Origin: Camelus ferus
Lineage: Eukaryota
Direction of reading: 5' to 3'
NCBI RefSeq assembly: GCF_009834535.1
Contig: NC_045696.1
Location: 6,822,001 to 6,886,000 of the forward strand
Length of the DNA stretch: 64,000 nt
The notes under the pieces were generated by a model, which was not told the origin of the DNA, did no database searches, and saw only the letters and a list, made by a program, of their open reading frames with translations. A program made the position numbers and the translations under genes. Positions 23,401 to 37,261 of the stretch are shown one piece after another (the first letter of the stretch is position 1; each line of letters opens with the position of its first letter).

Positions 23401-25749
23401 AATGATCCTTGTGTTTATCCAACAGCAATATCAGTAGCTGTATTTAATTTGCCATAAGACAGGCAGCTGTGAGGAATAATAGAGCTTATTTTTAGATCCA
23501 CCATTTCCTGGTGCATCCAGTGGGTCCCGCTTCCGGGGGAGGCCTTTTGCATGTGATCTGCATCTAAGGGCTTCTCACTGGGCACGAGCGTAAGTGACAC
23601 CTACACGTGGCGGCAGCCCTCAGCGGGGTGAGGTCATCCCTCCCACCATGGGCGGCGCTGCGCTTCTCCTCCCCACCCCCCGCTGCTCCCCTGGCGTGGG
23701 GGTGGCTCCAGCAGGGAGTCACTGTCCTCACAGCATCCTGTGACTCACTCACCGTTCCTCTTCCTTGCTGAGCAACATCTTGGGAGGGGCCAGATGCAGA
23801 GACAGGATGGGCAGGGGGCAGGGGACACCCCAACCAGGGATCTGCAAGGTAACAGCAGAGCAGGCCTCCTTGCAGGGCTGTCTTCAGAAGATTTTTGAAG
23901 CCAAAGCAGCTTCCTAAAGTGGAGAGAACCCAGTTCTCCCCCAGAAACGCCAGTCCCAGCATTTAGAAATTCTGTTTAAATCCCTTAGCAAGATGAAGAA
24001 GTCGGCGTGGTTTCCTGCAGGCAAATCTCTGGCTTTCACACTAACCGGTTCCCTGCTGGCTGTGTGATTCATCCATCCCAGCCTGCTGGCCCTCCCCCCA
24101 CCTCTGGAAGAGCCTGGCCAGGGCTCCAAGGTGAATTCCCAGCAGTCCCGGCACCAGACATTTGCCTTTTCTCTTCCTTTTTGAAGCTCAAATCCCATGC
24201 TCCAGGCACTGCCTTCGCTCACCTCTGTTTTTGGCAGGGATGTGTCTGCCAGCTTGTTATCCCTGCTGCCTCTGGGGCCCAGGTTTGCTCTCCCCCAAGG
24301 CTGTCAGCTTGTCTGTTCCCCTGACAGACACCAGCTTCCACTGAGAGAAATCCTGAGTGTTCCTACAAGGCTTCAGCGAGTGTGTTTATCCCCAGCCCAC
24401 ATGCCACCCTCGAGTGTCATCCGGGACACGGGAATGTGGGGTCCAGCCCTCCTAGCCATACTGTGTCTCCAGGTTCACCTTGGGGCCCCAGAAAGGTCAC
24501 CTCTGCAACATTATGGCCCACAAGAGATGCACCCCCTACACCCGATGCCCCAGGAACCCCCCAGCTGAGACACAACCACAACCGAACCCACACAAGCCTT
24601 ATTCTTTCAAGTGGAAACAGGCGTGTGAGATCACTGGCCGCCCCAAAGCGCTTTGGAAATGTCAGCAGTTTCCCAGCCCCACAGACACTCATCACACCTT
24701 AGAGAGAAGCGGTCCTGTTTTTAGGGGCGTGATTTTACCCTGAGAAACTACGAGATTCTACACTAAGGCTTCACCTCGCATTTCCATCTTTCAAAACAGG
24801 GCACTGGAACAGGGCCCCACTGTCAGGCTGGGGGTGGGGACTCTAATGCCCTTGGTCTCCACGTCACAGCCCCTCTGTCCCCCATCCCCTCCCTCCAACT
24901 CCCCCTGCCCTTACAGAAGCCACTGAAAGATGATGTTCTGGGAAGGTCCACCTCTTCCTCAAGGTGGAGACATGGAAGCAGAGAGGGCTGTGCATCGTTA
25001 ACCACAGACACTGTCCAAAGAATGACCTCCAATGGGTGGGAGGTCAGCACCAGGGGAAGGTGGTGGAGGTGGGAGTGGGGACAGAGATGTTGGGTCATGC
25101 GGACGGGGTGTGGGGACGAGGGTTACCACCCTCAAAGCAAGGATGCCGTCTTCAGGCAGAAGCAAAGCCAGGTCTATTCAGGAATCTGGTAAAACTCCTC
25201 CCCTGGGAGCAGATGCCCCCAGAGGAGCTATGGGCGGGCTCATGCAAAGATGACCTGCCTCCCACTCTGTGCTGGCTGATTCCAGACTCCTCCCATTTTC
25301 CAGCAGCTGAACTTGTGGTTCTTGATCATAAGGGTTTTGAGGACAAAGCCAGGTTGCCTCATGAAACTTTGAGAGAAGTCTTTCTCTTGCTCACCTCTAA
25401 ATGCCAGGACTGTTATTTGGGTTTTAGAAAGAAGTTGAATTGGCATAACTTGGAAGTCGTGTGTATTTCTCTTCCTTATTTAGCGTATATAATTTTAGTT
25501 AGAAAACAGCAGATATGACACTGGGAATACAATTTTAAAATAAAGTGGTAATCTCTAGGTTCTTTGGAAAACTTGCAATTGGAATCACCACTCCCGTGTT
25601 AAGAGAAGACATTGATACATCAGTGCCTTGTTTTCCTTAAACTCCTTTAGGGTGATCGCAAATGCTGTAAGCCACGTATTCCTGGTGGCTAAGTTAGAAT
25701 TGCCCGTGGGAGCTGAGGGCTACAAGTGTTGATTTTATGCTATAAGTTC

Positions 25750-25906
25750 GTGTTTCTTGAACGTGAATGTGCGCAGGAACCATCTGGGGCTCTTATTAAA
25801 ATGCAGCTTCTGATTCAGCCAGTCTAGGGTGGAGCCTAGGATTCTGTGTTTCCAACAAAAGATGCTGGCAATGCTGATGCTGCGGGGCTCTGAGGAACTT
25901 CCACTG
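25750..25906. mobile_element. MER5A-like MITE
   Basis: 'ttattaaaatgcagcttctgattcagccagtctagggtggagcctaggattctgtgtttccaacaa...gatgctgc'. Confidence 0.8.
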
Positions 25907-27009
25907 GTTGGCCAAGTGCCTTGTTCCTGTTGTCAGTTTAGACAGACATCAAGGAGGGATGAATAAAACTTTTCTAGGACGGAACTTCCAGATCATCTCC
26001 TTTATATCTTTGTTTTTTGTTTTGTTTTTGAATGGTTAAGCAAGAAAACCAGCCTTCCTGAAGCTAAAAAGCAGTAGAGGGTGACAGGGTTTTGATTACA
26101 CTATGATTTAACAGATCCCTTTAAGACTTCAGAGGGCATGACGTTGGCGGAATCTGAGAGAAGGAAGACAGAGGCAGAGGCCAGCCCAGAGCTCGGTTTG
26201 TTTGCATCTATTTTTGACACAGCTCTGGGTTATGTATATAGTGTCTCTCTGCCAAAGGGAATTACAGGAACTTGGAAGAGGTTATTTATTGAAGTATTTT
26301 AGAATTAAACTCCACCTTTTACAATCTTTTTAAAATAAACATCTTCAAATGGAAGGGCCAAGGAAATTTTAGCTGCTGTCCTAGGATTATAATCCAGAAC
26401 CCCAGGTAGTACTTGTTGGAAAGAAATGTCAAAAGGCAGCAATTTCCAAATAATAGAGGGCAGTCAGCAGAGCAGAGCAAAAACAAGCCCTCTCTCGGTC
26501 GTGGGGGACAGACACGCAGGGAGCCACTTCCACAGGGGCGCGCTGAAGCAGTCAGCATGTTTCTGCAAAAAGGGAGACAGGATCAAAATGAATGCCCAGA
26601 AACTTAATGAAAAGCTGTGGGAGAAACCCAATGGGTGAGAAAGAAAGCTAAAATTCTTGGGAGTGCTCACATTCCTGAATTATGGTTTCTTCTCAAAAAA
26701 TAAATAAATAAATAAATTAAAAAAATAAAAAAAAACTCCTTAATAAAAAGATTATAACGTCATTGTTAGGATCAGCAGCAGACAAACTGGGGGCTGCCTT
26801 AGGCATCGCAGGCCCAGCCTGCACCCTGTTTCCCATTTTGTCTCCCCATCTTTGCCCAGTCTTCAGTCTCTACCATTGCCTCCACCCAGTTCCCTCACTT
26901 ATACTACAGTGTAAATGACCTAGAGGGACCCTAAGTAAGTAATATGCCTTCCAAATACATTTGCCCAAATATACTCCAAACGTTTCAATCCATTCAAATT
27001 TACAAGATA

Positions 27010-27178
27010 ATTTTTAAAAGCCACATTTTCAAAACTGGTACAGAAGAAATATAGCAGAATACTGGCACCCATGATCAAATCTGGAATAGAGATCATGGGT
27101 ATTCTGTATCCTTTCCTGAGTTTTTAAAATAGTTTATAATAACTACTAAAAAACTAAGTTATATTTCAATAAAAAAAA
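27010..27178 (+). mobile_element. Old L1 3' end fragment
   Basis: 'aaatctggaatagagatcatgggtattctgtatcctttcctgag...atatttcaataaaaaaaa'. Confidence 0.45.
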
Positions 27179-27299
27179 TGAAGTGGGTGACTTTGTTATT
27201 GCCCAGACTGACAACAAGATTGTTCTTTCAGAGGCGGTGGCACCGCCTGGGTCTCCATCTTCGTTACCTGCATCTAACTGGGATGCTCTGTTTGACCTG

Positions 27300-27480
27300 C
27301 AGTAGATCAACACCCTGCCTGCCCATCAACCTCTCCTGGGGAGATTTTAAAACATATCCATGTCTGCTCCTCACCCCCAACTAATTAAATCAGAATCTCC
27401 GTGGGGAGCAGCCTCTGTGTTGGTTTGTTTTCAAAGCTCCCCATATGCTTTTACTGGACAGTCAGGCTGAGAACCAGTGG
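27300..27480. mobile_element. MER5-like MITE
   Basis: 'cctggggagattttaaaac...aattaaatcagaatctccgtgggg...aaagctcccca...ggctgagaaccagtgg'. Confidence 0.8.
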
Positions 27481-27627
27481 CTTAAAGAATAAGCATCAGG
27501 ATGCTTTAAAAATGTACCTGCAGATTTTTAAGCATTTAGACTCTTTTGTCTTTTTTTATTGCCCAGAGCCATTTAAAAGTTGTGACATATATCCCCATCC
27601 CCACCATTCTCTAGCCCCTCCCCATTC

Positions 27628-27706
27628 CACACCCACCACCCTCAGCCCACACACCACCCCCACCACCACCACCATCACCACCACCACCGTCACCACTAAC
27701 AACAAC
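27628..27706. repeat. (CAC)n-rich simple repeat grading into (AAC)n
   Basis: Seen directly. Confidence 0.85.
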
Positions 27707-28127
27707 ATAGGTAAAACACAGAGCTGAAGCACTTACCTTAAATTACCAGCTTTTGTGTTTGAGTATTCAAACCTTTAAAATGTGTATGGGAGGGACCATG
27801 GAAGGGTGTGGTAGCTGGGAGCTAAAATGGTTGTAACCTGGGCCCCCAAGGGTATTTCTAGCTTTAATTGAGGATAATAAACTGTGAAAAGCATTTCTCT
27901 TATCCAAATGGCACACAAGTAATCAATCTATCAATCTCCCTTTATGTAAAAGTAAACTACGCATTAAAGCTCTTTATTTTGCTGCTTTTAAGGATACATT
28001 TCTAAGCAATGCTTTAAAACCCTTTGTTTTCCAACTCGTATGAACCTTTGACAGGTGAAAGGCCGAATTTTCATCAATGGATAAAAAGTATTTTTGCTAC
28101 AACTAAAGTGACATACTGTGCACAGTG

Positions 28128-28143
28128 GAGAGAGAGACAGTGT

Positions 28144-28177
<34 letters not shown>

Positions 28178-28190
28178 GTGTGTGTGTGTG
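28128..28190. repeat. Compound (GA)n(TG)n microsatellite
   Basis: Seen directly. Confidence 0.95.
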
Positions 28191-29094
28191 AATTCCCCTA
28201 AGCTACTAACTTGCTTTGATAAAAGTCAAGTTCACCTTTTAATCTATCCGTCATACTGCTGAGAGGGCCAGCCCATGAAACTATTCTATAAAAACAAAAG
28301 GAGAAACACCGCCTCCCCTGCGCCGTCCCCTCCTCTTGCTCTGTCTGTGACTCCCCTTCCTGGGACAATTGAACGCTCTGTATTTAGAGTCGAGAGATCA
28401 GGGTAAACCCTCAGAATCCCCTGTGCTTAACTTTAGAGAGAAATTTCTCGAATTTGTCATCAGACTTTCAATACACATTATTTTATAGGAAACGTTTCTA
28501 TAAAGTTGCCCCCGCACACCACCTTGGTATATTCGAGTTTGTAAAGCTCGGGAGGGGGTGGGGGGTGGGAACGCAGCAGGTCCCAGCTTCACGTGGGACT
28601 TGTTTTGTTTGCTGCCTTGTGGGGTGCGGGGGAGGTGGGCACAATCACAGGCGACATGAATGATTCTGACGTGATGTGCTTCCCATGTCTGTGGGGCATT
28701 CGGGGGAAATCTTTTGACACACGGAGCTGCCACCTTTTATTCCTTTGAACATGTTTTACGCATGCATGGTTCTTTTCGACCCCCAGACATCAAACGTCTC
28801 AGGGTGAGTTTCCCCCATGGCAGGTGTGAGCCCAGTCGTAAGTGGGTGCACTGCAGCCACCTGCACATCTCCCCACATCCCCTAGATGTTATCAGTTCAC
28901 TACTCTCAGGAAGAATGAGTCTTTCCCGAAGAGTTTATGAACAGATTTACAGGTCTCAATGCTTTGCCTTAGAACTGTGAATGGATTGTAAAACACTTTT
29001 GAGAGATATGTAAGTTCTGCAATTTGATTTCTCGAAACCTGGCATCTGATCAGGAAGCAAACAAAACAACAGGGTTTCTGCAAGCTAGTTCACT

Positions 29095-29540
29095 CTTGAC
29101 AATTGAATTGTGTCCCCCCAAAAGTCAGGCACCCGTCCTAACCCAGGCACCTGTGAATGTGGCCTTATTTGGAAATAGTTTTTGCAGACATAATCAAGTC
29201 AAAATGAGATCGTTAGGATGGACCCAATTCTGATATGTCAGGGGTCGTTGTAAGAAGAGGGAGGATGATGTGACGGAGGGGAGGGAAGACGTCAGGTGAA
29301 GCTGCAGGCAGAGACTGAAAGGATGTGTCCACAGTCCGAGGGACGCCAAGGGTTGCCAGCAACACCAGAAGCCAAGGGAGAGGCACGAACAGATTCTCCC
29401 CTAGAGCCTTCAGTTGGCTCTGCCAACACCTCGATTTGGGGCTTCTGGTCCCCACAGCTGTCAGGGAATACATTTCTGTGGTTTTCAGCCATCCTGGTTT
29501 GTGGTGTGTTGTTAGAGCAGCTCCCTAGGAAACTGACACG
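29095..29540 (+). mobile_element. MaLR solo LTR (MLT1C-like)
   Basis: 'ttgaattgtgtcccccaaaa...cctgtgaatgtggccttatttggaaatag...aacagattctcccctagagccttcag...ctaggaaactgacac'. Confidence 0.9.
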
Positions 29541-31124
29541 CAGGCCAAGACAGTCAGCCAGCCCAGAGCAAACCTGACTTTCCCACAGCCCCGCCCCGCC
29601 CCTGCTCCGGCCCCTCCCCCTGCCTTAGCTCACCTTCTCCAAGGGCTGGATGGGGATAATCCAGTGAGCATGTCATGCGCTGAGCTTTACCCCTCATGGT
29701 GAAGTGGAAAGCTTCTCCGTCTGCTGAAACGATTTGTCAGGGATCACAGACGTGACCCTCACAGTCACAGAACGTCAAGCACTCAGAGGAGGAGCTTCAG
29801 TTCCCTAGACCTGCACCCCACACGAACCCCCGTGTCTGGGAAGAAGCATACGGTAAACTCACTCCCTCATGATTTACATCTGTGCGTGGGGCCTCCGCCC
29901 CGCAGGCTCCTCCTCCCTCCCTTGCAGATGCATGGGTGTTTGGGGGAGGCTGACACAGCGATGCTCTAGGTTCGCACGGCACCTGCTGTCTGGTCCCCAA
30001 CAGGACCTGTCTCCCTGTCCTAACCCTGTGGTCTCCCCCGGTCCACACCCCACCTGACCTCCAAATCCCAACGCCGGCCGGCGTCTAGGTGCCGGGCTGT
30101 CTGACAGGTCTGCAGTTCCCTGGGCGAACATGAGCAAACCAGGTGCAAACCTCCTCTGCACTGTGGTCCCCAAACCTAGCCCCCGACCTCCGCAGGTTTC
30201 CAGCTTCACGGAGATGCTGGGGCAGCCCCGCATTTTGCTCTTGCTTGGCCAAGCCCTCCCCACCTTCCTCCCACCCCCAGAGTGAGGGTTCTTACCTCGT
30301 GTTTGGTGAGAGAACGGCAGCTCTGTCATCCCATCTTCCTTCCACATCGGGAATGTACAAGATTTACGCTTCCCCGAGTCCCCTGGGCTTGGTGCCTGGT
30401 ATCTGAAGCCGGCCTCTGGAGAACTTGAGAAAAGGTCTATCTGGCTCTTGAACTCCAGAGCCCTGGCTCCTCAGACTGCTCTGGAGGTCAAAGCCAAGAG
30501 TGCGCCATTTGTCTTGCCACTTGTTCCTTTCTGTCATCCTTACGAGGAGCCTTCACCTGTGGCTTGAAGGGTGGGAAAGCTAAGGGGAAAAAGAAAGGAC
30601 GAGGATGCAGGGGTGGGGGGCATCAAGAGCCTGGAGAGAAGGAGGTGTTTGGAGGGAAATCACGAAAGTTTACCAGCCCCCTAACATCGCATCCTGTAGA
30701 GAGGCTGCCTGCAATACCTCACCATCCCCTCCGCGTCAACACAGCGGGGCCAGGTGAGCCGGCTCTGTCTGCGCAGGCCTCTTACAGGGGAGTGCAAACC
30801 ACCTATCTCAGTTCTGTGGACCCCACCCACCCTTTCCCCAGACTTTCTGCTCAGTCCCCAGACTTGCAACCACAGCAGCAACAAGACAAACCCTTGGTCT
30901 GGCTGACACGGCCCCACACAGCTCCCGAATGCCAACTGCCCAGCTGGTTGATGGGCAACCACTGATGGCCAAACAGGTAGAGGATGCTAACCTTCCTCAG
31001 ACCTGCCTTCTTTTGCTTATCCCGGCTCACCTGACTTTCCTTCCATATTCCCAGGAGGACAGAAAAGAAACGCTGTATCTGAATCATCAAGGCCTTCATG
31101 TGGTGAAGTGCTTGAAGTCAAACT

Positions 31125-31490
31125 ACTTCCAACCTCAGGACCTTTGCATTTCCTGTACCCTCTGCCTACCTCACTTTTTCCCCCCAGGAGATATGCATCT
31201 TATTTTTCCTCACGTGTCATCAGAGAGGCAACCTCACCCTAAAAGAGCCACCACCTCACTAGTCAATTTCCTTACACCCTTTAATTTATAGCATGTACTA
31301 TAAACTAGTATAGCCTGAAATTTACATTATATCTTTAATATGCAGCTATTATTTCCTGTTTTTACCTCCCACTAGAGGTAAAAACCTCCAGAGGCTAGAA
31401 TTTTGTCCTGCTCATCACTGTGTTCCCAGGACTTGGAACAGTAACTGGTAGAGAGCAGGCACTTCAGAACAGCTTGATGACTGACAGTGA
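31125..31490 (+). mobile_element. L2 LINE 3' end
   Basis: 'cctcaggacctttgcatttcctgtaccctctgcct...cccactagaggtaaaaacctccagaggctagaattttgtcctgctcatcactgtgttcccaggacttggaacag'. Confidence 0.85.
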
Positions 31491-32899
31491 CAGTAACCGC
31501 TGCAAAGTGTAACCAAGCCTGTTGTTTTGCAACAATTTTGCAACAATCCAACCTGTGATGAATAATCGAGGGAGAGGGTCTCTCAGTAAACACAGGAGCC
31601 TGTGCTGACTCAGGGGTAAGGCATGGTTAGAAAACAGAATAATCCGTCCTACCTTGGCTCTACAAGAGTTATTTCACTTTAGAAGCGCCACATGCCCAGA
31701 ACGTCTCAGAGTGTCTGAGCAGCAGGGGACAGAAACTCCTCAGTCACAAGGAGACCACACTGAGCCCTCAGGCAAGCTCAGGAATGTGAGAGTATTCATC
31801 ACAGAGGGTGGGGATGGAAGAAACTGCTTTGTTGGGGGGCAGGGGGCGTGCTATTGTCCATCAAGCTGGACAGATGGAGAGTAGAATTTAGGCAAGAGTA
31901 GAAACCCAAGGTTGGATCAGAAAGGGAAAAAAGAGTGGATTTTAACTAATTAAATCAGCCTCCCCTGAGGCCTTCTGTGTGACAGCACAGTTCCAGGGCT
32001 GGGGATAAGATGACCCCACGATTCCAGCCCTTGAGATGCATGAGCCAGAGGTTCTAGAAATGGCCGTGAACCCAGGGCGAGAGCTCAACTATAAAGGAGG
32101 CTAAGGGTGGCAGGGCGGAAATGGGGGGCGGCCGGCAGCTCTCCCTCTGCTGGGAGAGGGTCCCGATTCCAGCTTCCTCCAGTGGGCACACCCTCAGCCT
32201 TAATCATAGGTTATATTTAAAAGTAGCCTATATGCCAGACACCTTATTAAATGTGACTTTCGCTGACTATTTTTAGAGGATGTTAATCATGTTACTTTTT
32301 GATGTGAAATTGGAACAGGTTAGCTCTAATTACATGAGCTTCTTTAAGGAGCTTGAAAAGACCCAGATGCTCCACCTGCCAAACCCACATCATTGCTGAC
32401 CCTCTGCTCTCGCTCTCAGGGAAAAGCGACTGCTCAGGCAGGGTGGGAGCCCGATACATGGTGCCCAGGTGTCACCAGGCAGGACTGGGGAGCCCAGGCT
32501 ATCGTGGTAAGAGGTGACCAACCACGTACCCTGGTCCGCTATTAAAAACATGACCTGATCTCTGATGTAGACTTAGGTTACCTTGAAGCTCTTGATAACA
32601 AAAGATAAAAGGTCTTTTATAAAATAAGTTTTTCATCCCATTTTTTGGAGGGTCATGGCCAACGCGCTAGGAATTTTGGCAGCGGGGTGCAAAAAGAATC
32701 TTTAGAACTTACCTGGGATACTCTTTCTTCCCATCCTACTCTGTTCTGGGAGAAAGTCTCGTTCTTAACAGAACTTGCTCTCCCGTGTCATCTGCCAGGA
32801 AATGACAGCCCTGCCAGGACTTCATGAGCCTGGAGGCAGAGTATTAATAAATCACAAAGGAAAACAATCTTGAGAAAGGGTGATCTGGAGAAGAGACAG

Positions 32900-33472
32900 C
32901 ATACAGTAGTCCTGCAGCAGGCGACAAATTACCACAAATCTTGTGGCATCCACGTCACTCCTTTGTTATCTCAGGATTTCCGGGGTTCAGAAGCCGAATG
33001 CAGATCAGTGGGATCCTCTGCTTAGGATGCAACAAGGCTGCCCTCCTTCCTGGGTCTTCTTGCAAATTCATGTGGCTGTTAGCATAATTCAGTTCCTTGA
33101 GGTTTTAGGACTGAGGTTCCCATTCTTTTGTTGGCTGCAGGCCCAGAGCTGGGCCCAGCTCCTAAAGGCTGCCCACAGTTCCTTACCATGTAGCCACCTC
33201 CATGTGCCCTCTCACCCTCGAATCCTTCTCTTGCTTCAAATCTCTCCAGCAAGGAAGAGCCCAGTCTTATTTACATGCTCACCTGATTAGGTCAGGCCCA
33301 CCCAGGGTCTTCTCCATCCCTTAAAGTCAACTGATTTCTGACCTTAGTTACATCTGCAAAAATCCCTTCACAGAAGCATCTAGTTGAGCATCAGAGTGGA
33401 TAACTGGGAGATGGTGTGTGGACACTAGGGGTTAGGGATCTGGGGGATCACCATGGAATTCTGCCAACCACA
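32900..33472 (-). mobile_element. MaLR solo LTR (MLT1D/E-like)
   Basis: 'acaaattaccacaaatc...aattcagttccttgaggttttaggactgaggttcc...gattaggtcaggcccacccag...acatctgcaaaaatccc...ggaattctgccaaccaca'. Confidence 0.85.
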
Positions 33473-34229
33473 CAATCCAAGCACCTTTGCCTGTGTCTTC
33501 TAAGTTTCAGTGGAGTATCAACCAATGGTGCCTGTTTTCAAAACTTTTCCTCACCATTCCAATCCTGAAAGTAGGACCCAGTGATCCCTGCTGCACGTGG
33601 AAGGGGTCTTTTCTAAGAACCAGGTCTCAACTCAGAATTAATGCTAATCCATCTCTCTGCCAAGCTGTCCAGGTGCAGTCAAGTCAGGGCTGGGACAGGC
33701 AGAATGAGGTGGATACACTAGATGGGTGGAATCCAACGTGTGATAACCCTGTACTGTGCTCAGGGAACCAGGCAGAGAAAATAAGGGTCAAAGGTGCTGG
33801 GATGCATTAGAAGAAGGTTACTCTGAGGATGAGAAACTCTAGGCCCACAGGGAAGAATAACAAAGAGAAACAGGGGCAGGAAACTGCAGCAGCAGGAGGG
33901 CAGGTAGCATAGTTTGAGTTATTTATAATTAATGATGTTCACTATCTTAGAAATTCTCACTCTAGAAGTAATGTTCATTGTCATTTAGCAAATTCAAGGG
34001 CCGATGAGGAGATTAACTTGGTTTGAGAACGGTTCCTGGAGGCTGCGGTTCTCAGCCCAATAACTAGGTCCAGCCCTGACCAATGGAACCCAGGTATCAG
34101 GGGACGAGACTCAAACATCTTTATTTATGATGACTTTGGGAGAGTGTAAACATCTGAGTTTTAGTGAAGTTCGGGTTTTACTTTGGGGAGTCGTGAAATT
34201 TTTCTGCGTAAAGGGTCCTTTGTCACATC

Positions 34230-34420
34230 AGTGGTCAAATTTCCACTTTTGAAAGGTTGATCTGGCAACAGGGTAGATAATGGAGTGGAGGAAAAAGAGG
34301 AAAGAGAAAGGCAGGGTTGGTACTCCCTGGAGGATGCGTGGCAGGAAAAGAGACAGCGGAGGCCGGCAGGTGGAGATGCCAGAGGAGCTCAGGGAGGAGG
34401 GGCTGGACGTGGAGAACACG
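34230..34420 (-). mobile_element. L2 fragment
   Basis: 'gtcaaatttccacttttgaaaggttgatctggcaacagggtagataatgg...ggagctcagggaggaggggctggacgtggaga'. Confidence 0.55.
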
Positions 34421-35264
34421 GCACCACAGCGAGTAACTCTCAGTCCGCCCAGCGAGCCTGTGCACTTGCGGGCAGGCACGAGCGGGCGCCCGGCCGCTCT
34501 GCAGAGCATTTCCGTCGTGCACTTCCAGATGCTCTCTGGAGACATGCAAATACATTAATTGAGCCCAGAGTCTCTGCCTCTGATGCCTTGAGCCCCTGCT
34601 CAGCTGACACACACTGGGAATGGAGAATCCTGCAAGCGGTTCCCAGAGCAGAAAGGTTTCTATGCCAGCAACGCGGCAACGTGGCCCCACCGCTTTAGAC
34701 ATCAAATAGATGCCAGCGTTCCGGGAAATCTTCCTACCACAGACAACCCATGAATCACAAAGACGAAGACTGGTTAACCAAGGAGCAGGGATGCCTCTGT
34801 GGGTCACAGCTCGACTTCCAGCAAATGCGTGGCTTCCTCCGGGAAGGCCTGGACGCTGGCAGGGGCTCAGGCGGGCTGCAGCGTGGGAGGGACTGGAGCC
34901 GCTGTGTATTTACCTCCAGAGGAACTCAAATCCTTCTGCTCTCAAGCAGCACTGTGGATGAGTCATACAATGTCAAATCAGAAAGGAATCCAGTTTCCAA
35001 CACAGTTACCCAAGCAGAGAGCGGGCCTGACTTGGGCAAAGCGACGCAATTAAGAAGCGGTGAAGTGAGGATTCAGCCCTTCCTCCAGGATCAGAGGCAG
35101 AGGGTGCCAGCCTCCCAGCCCTGACTCAGAGCCGTGTCCCCGCCACATGGACTGACAGCTTACTCAAGGGGGGCCATCAGGTGACAAACTCCCCGGAGGG
35201 TGAAACGTCCACACTGGCAGCAGCTCGCTCACTGGCAGTGGGAGCCAGCCCTGCAGGGCTGGTG

Positions 35265-35458
35265 GGGTCCCGGGCAGGGTCCTGTGGCTGTGCTGGCGCT
35301 GTGTTATTGCCTGTTTTTATGAAGCCCGAGCTCAGAGTGGCTTTTACAATTTTGAGCAGCTGGGGGAAAAAAAGAATATTCAACAGAAACTTCATGTGCC
35401 TTACAAAGAATAAAATACTTAACAGCTGGCCCTTTCCAGAAAAAGCTTGCCAGTCCTG
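35265..35458. mobile_element. MER58-like hAT element
   Basis: 'gcctgtttttatgaagcccgagctcagagtggcttttacaattttg...aaaatacttaacagctggccctttccagaaaaagcttgccagtcctg'. Confidence 0.75.
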
Positions 35459-35617
35459 AGAATCCAGGACAAACCTACATTTCCAAGAATTGCCAAAGAC
35501 CGACGGAGGTGGAGAGACTCCTCGAAGGTCACCCGGCTATTTGGAGACAGATCTGGAAAACAGGCCCCAAGTCTCTTATTTCTACTATCTAGAGTGAGGG
35601 ACAGCATGGGCGTAAAA

Positions 35618-35795
35618 GCATGTGAACACACACTCACACACACGCACATGCAGACACACAGACTCACATATGCACGTCACACGAGTGCACATGCATACAC
35701 AGACTTGCACACACACACACACATATCCACACAATCATGCATGTACCATGTCCTCACGCACACACACGAACACACACACAACCTCCTCCACACAG
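35618..35795. repeat. Degenerate (CA)n-rich repeat
   Basis: Seen directly. Confidence 0.9.
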
Positions 35796-36880
35796 AGGCC
35801 CCAGACCCATGAAGACACTGCATCAGGGCCCATGATTAAGGAATAATGGTTCTCCTTCTTCATGGCCTGTGAAACATTCCACACAGGAAGGCAGTTTGCA
35901 AACTCTGAAGTGTCCTCAAGGCAAAGACTGTTTTTATTAAGGTCAAACTTCAACGGTGTGGTCCCAGTAGAGCACAGGACACAGCGTACGCACTGGAAGT
36001 GCCCTGGTGACTGTCCCCCTCCCCATCCTCCTCCCTACGGCCCCACAGCAGGCTCCTTACTCAGCAGGACCTGGTCCTTCCTCACAAGTCTTGCTTCTTG
36101 GTATTTTCCACACACTCTGGGAAGCTTGGCGCAAGAAACACACGGCCTCACCTGTCGCCCCCTTCCATGGATGGGTGACTTTGCAAGGGAGAAGGCCGGG
36201 GCGCACCTGCTTCCAGGGAGAGGCAGGAGGGGCAGAAACTGGGAGTCGCTGAGTGTAAGTGACGTGGAGAGAAACACACGAAGAAGCCGGGAAGAGTGGG
36301 GTGGACCCCCCCAGCGGCGCGGTGGTGTGCAGACGCCTTGCGCGTGTGTGCGTTGTAGCTTTCACCACCCTTAGCGGACAGGTCTTATTAAACTAGACTT
36401 TGACAAAACAGCCCCATTTCCCTAGCACTTCTGTCACCAAGAAACCCCAGACTGTGGTTTCTGAGCGCATGTATCACACGCTCTGTGTGCTCTGTCCATC
36501 CAAGGCAGCAGCCCCCTCCTGCCCCCTCAGTTTTGGCAACAGAGTAGAGAACCCATTCTTGGCACACCGCGGAGAAGAGAAAAGGAGGGGAAAGCTTATG
36601 GAGCGAAACCAGATACAATTTTAGAAGTGGAGGGTCTGGGCGCTTTTTGCCGAATTCTCACCTGTATAGGAAACCCACCAGCAAAAAATCATAGAGGGAA
36701 ACCCTCCAGCCTCTTCTTGGATGTTTCCAAAGATGAGGGGGCTTGCTACTCCACACGGAACCCCTATTACTTTTAAGCATTTTAAGAGACACGCCCGCAA
36801 GGCACATTTCAGAAACTTCCTCCCCGTTGTCTTCATCTGAGAGCAAACCTCAGGCTCTAACCGTCTCTCATTTCACTCCT

Positions 36881-37261
36881 TGCTCTGGACTGATGATGTG
36901 TTCCTGCAAAATTCCTAATGCGGAAGCCCTAGCCCCAAGGTGACGGTGCTGGGAGATGGGGCCTTTGGGAGGTAGTTTGATTTGGTCATGAGCTGGGGCA
37001 TTCACGATGGGAGAATCGGCCTTATAAAGGGAGGGGGGCAGGGGGAGCTTGCTCTCCTGCGCACACTCACTGAGTAAAAGCCACGCGAGGATTCAGTGGG
37101 ATACGACTGTCCACAAACCAGAAGGAGCAGTCTCACCTGAAACCCTTCCAGCACCTTGACCCTGGACTTCTGGAGCCTCGGGATCTGTGAGAAACAAATG
37201 TCTGCTGTTGAAGCCCCAAGTCTATGGTATTTTGTGATGGCAGCCCGCGCCGAGTAAGACA
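36881..37261 (+). mobile_element. MaLR solo LTR (MLT1A-like)
   Basis: 'tgctctggactga...gggagatggggcctttgggagg...gcaccttgaccctggacttc...tgtgagaaacaaatgtctgctgttgaagcc...taagaca'. Confidence 0.9.

Noticed and set aside
26695..26745. A-rich (AAAT)n tract as a retroposon tail
   Set aside because: No convincing TSD or SINE/L1 body upstream; treated as a simple repeat.
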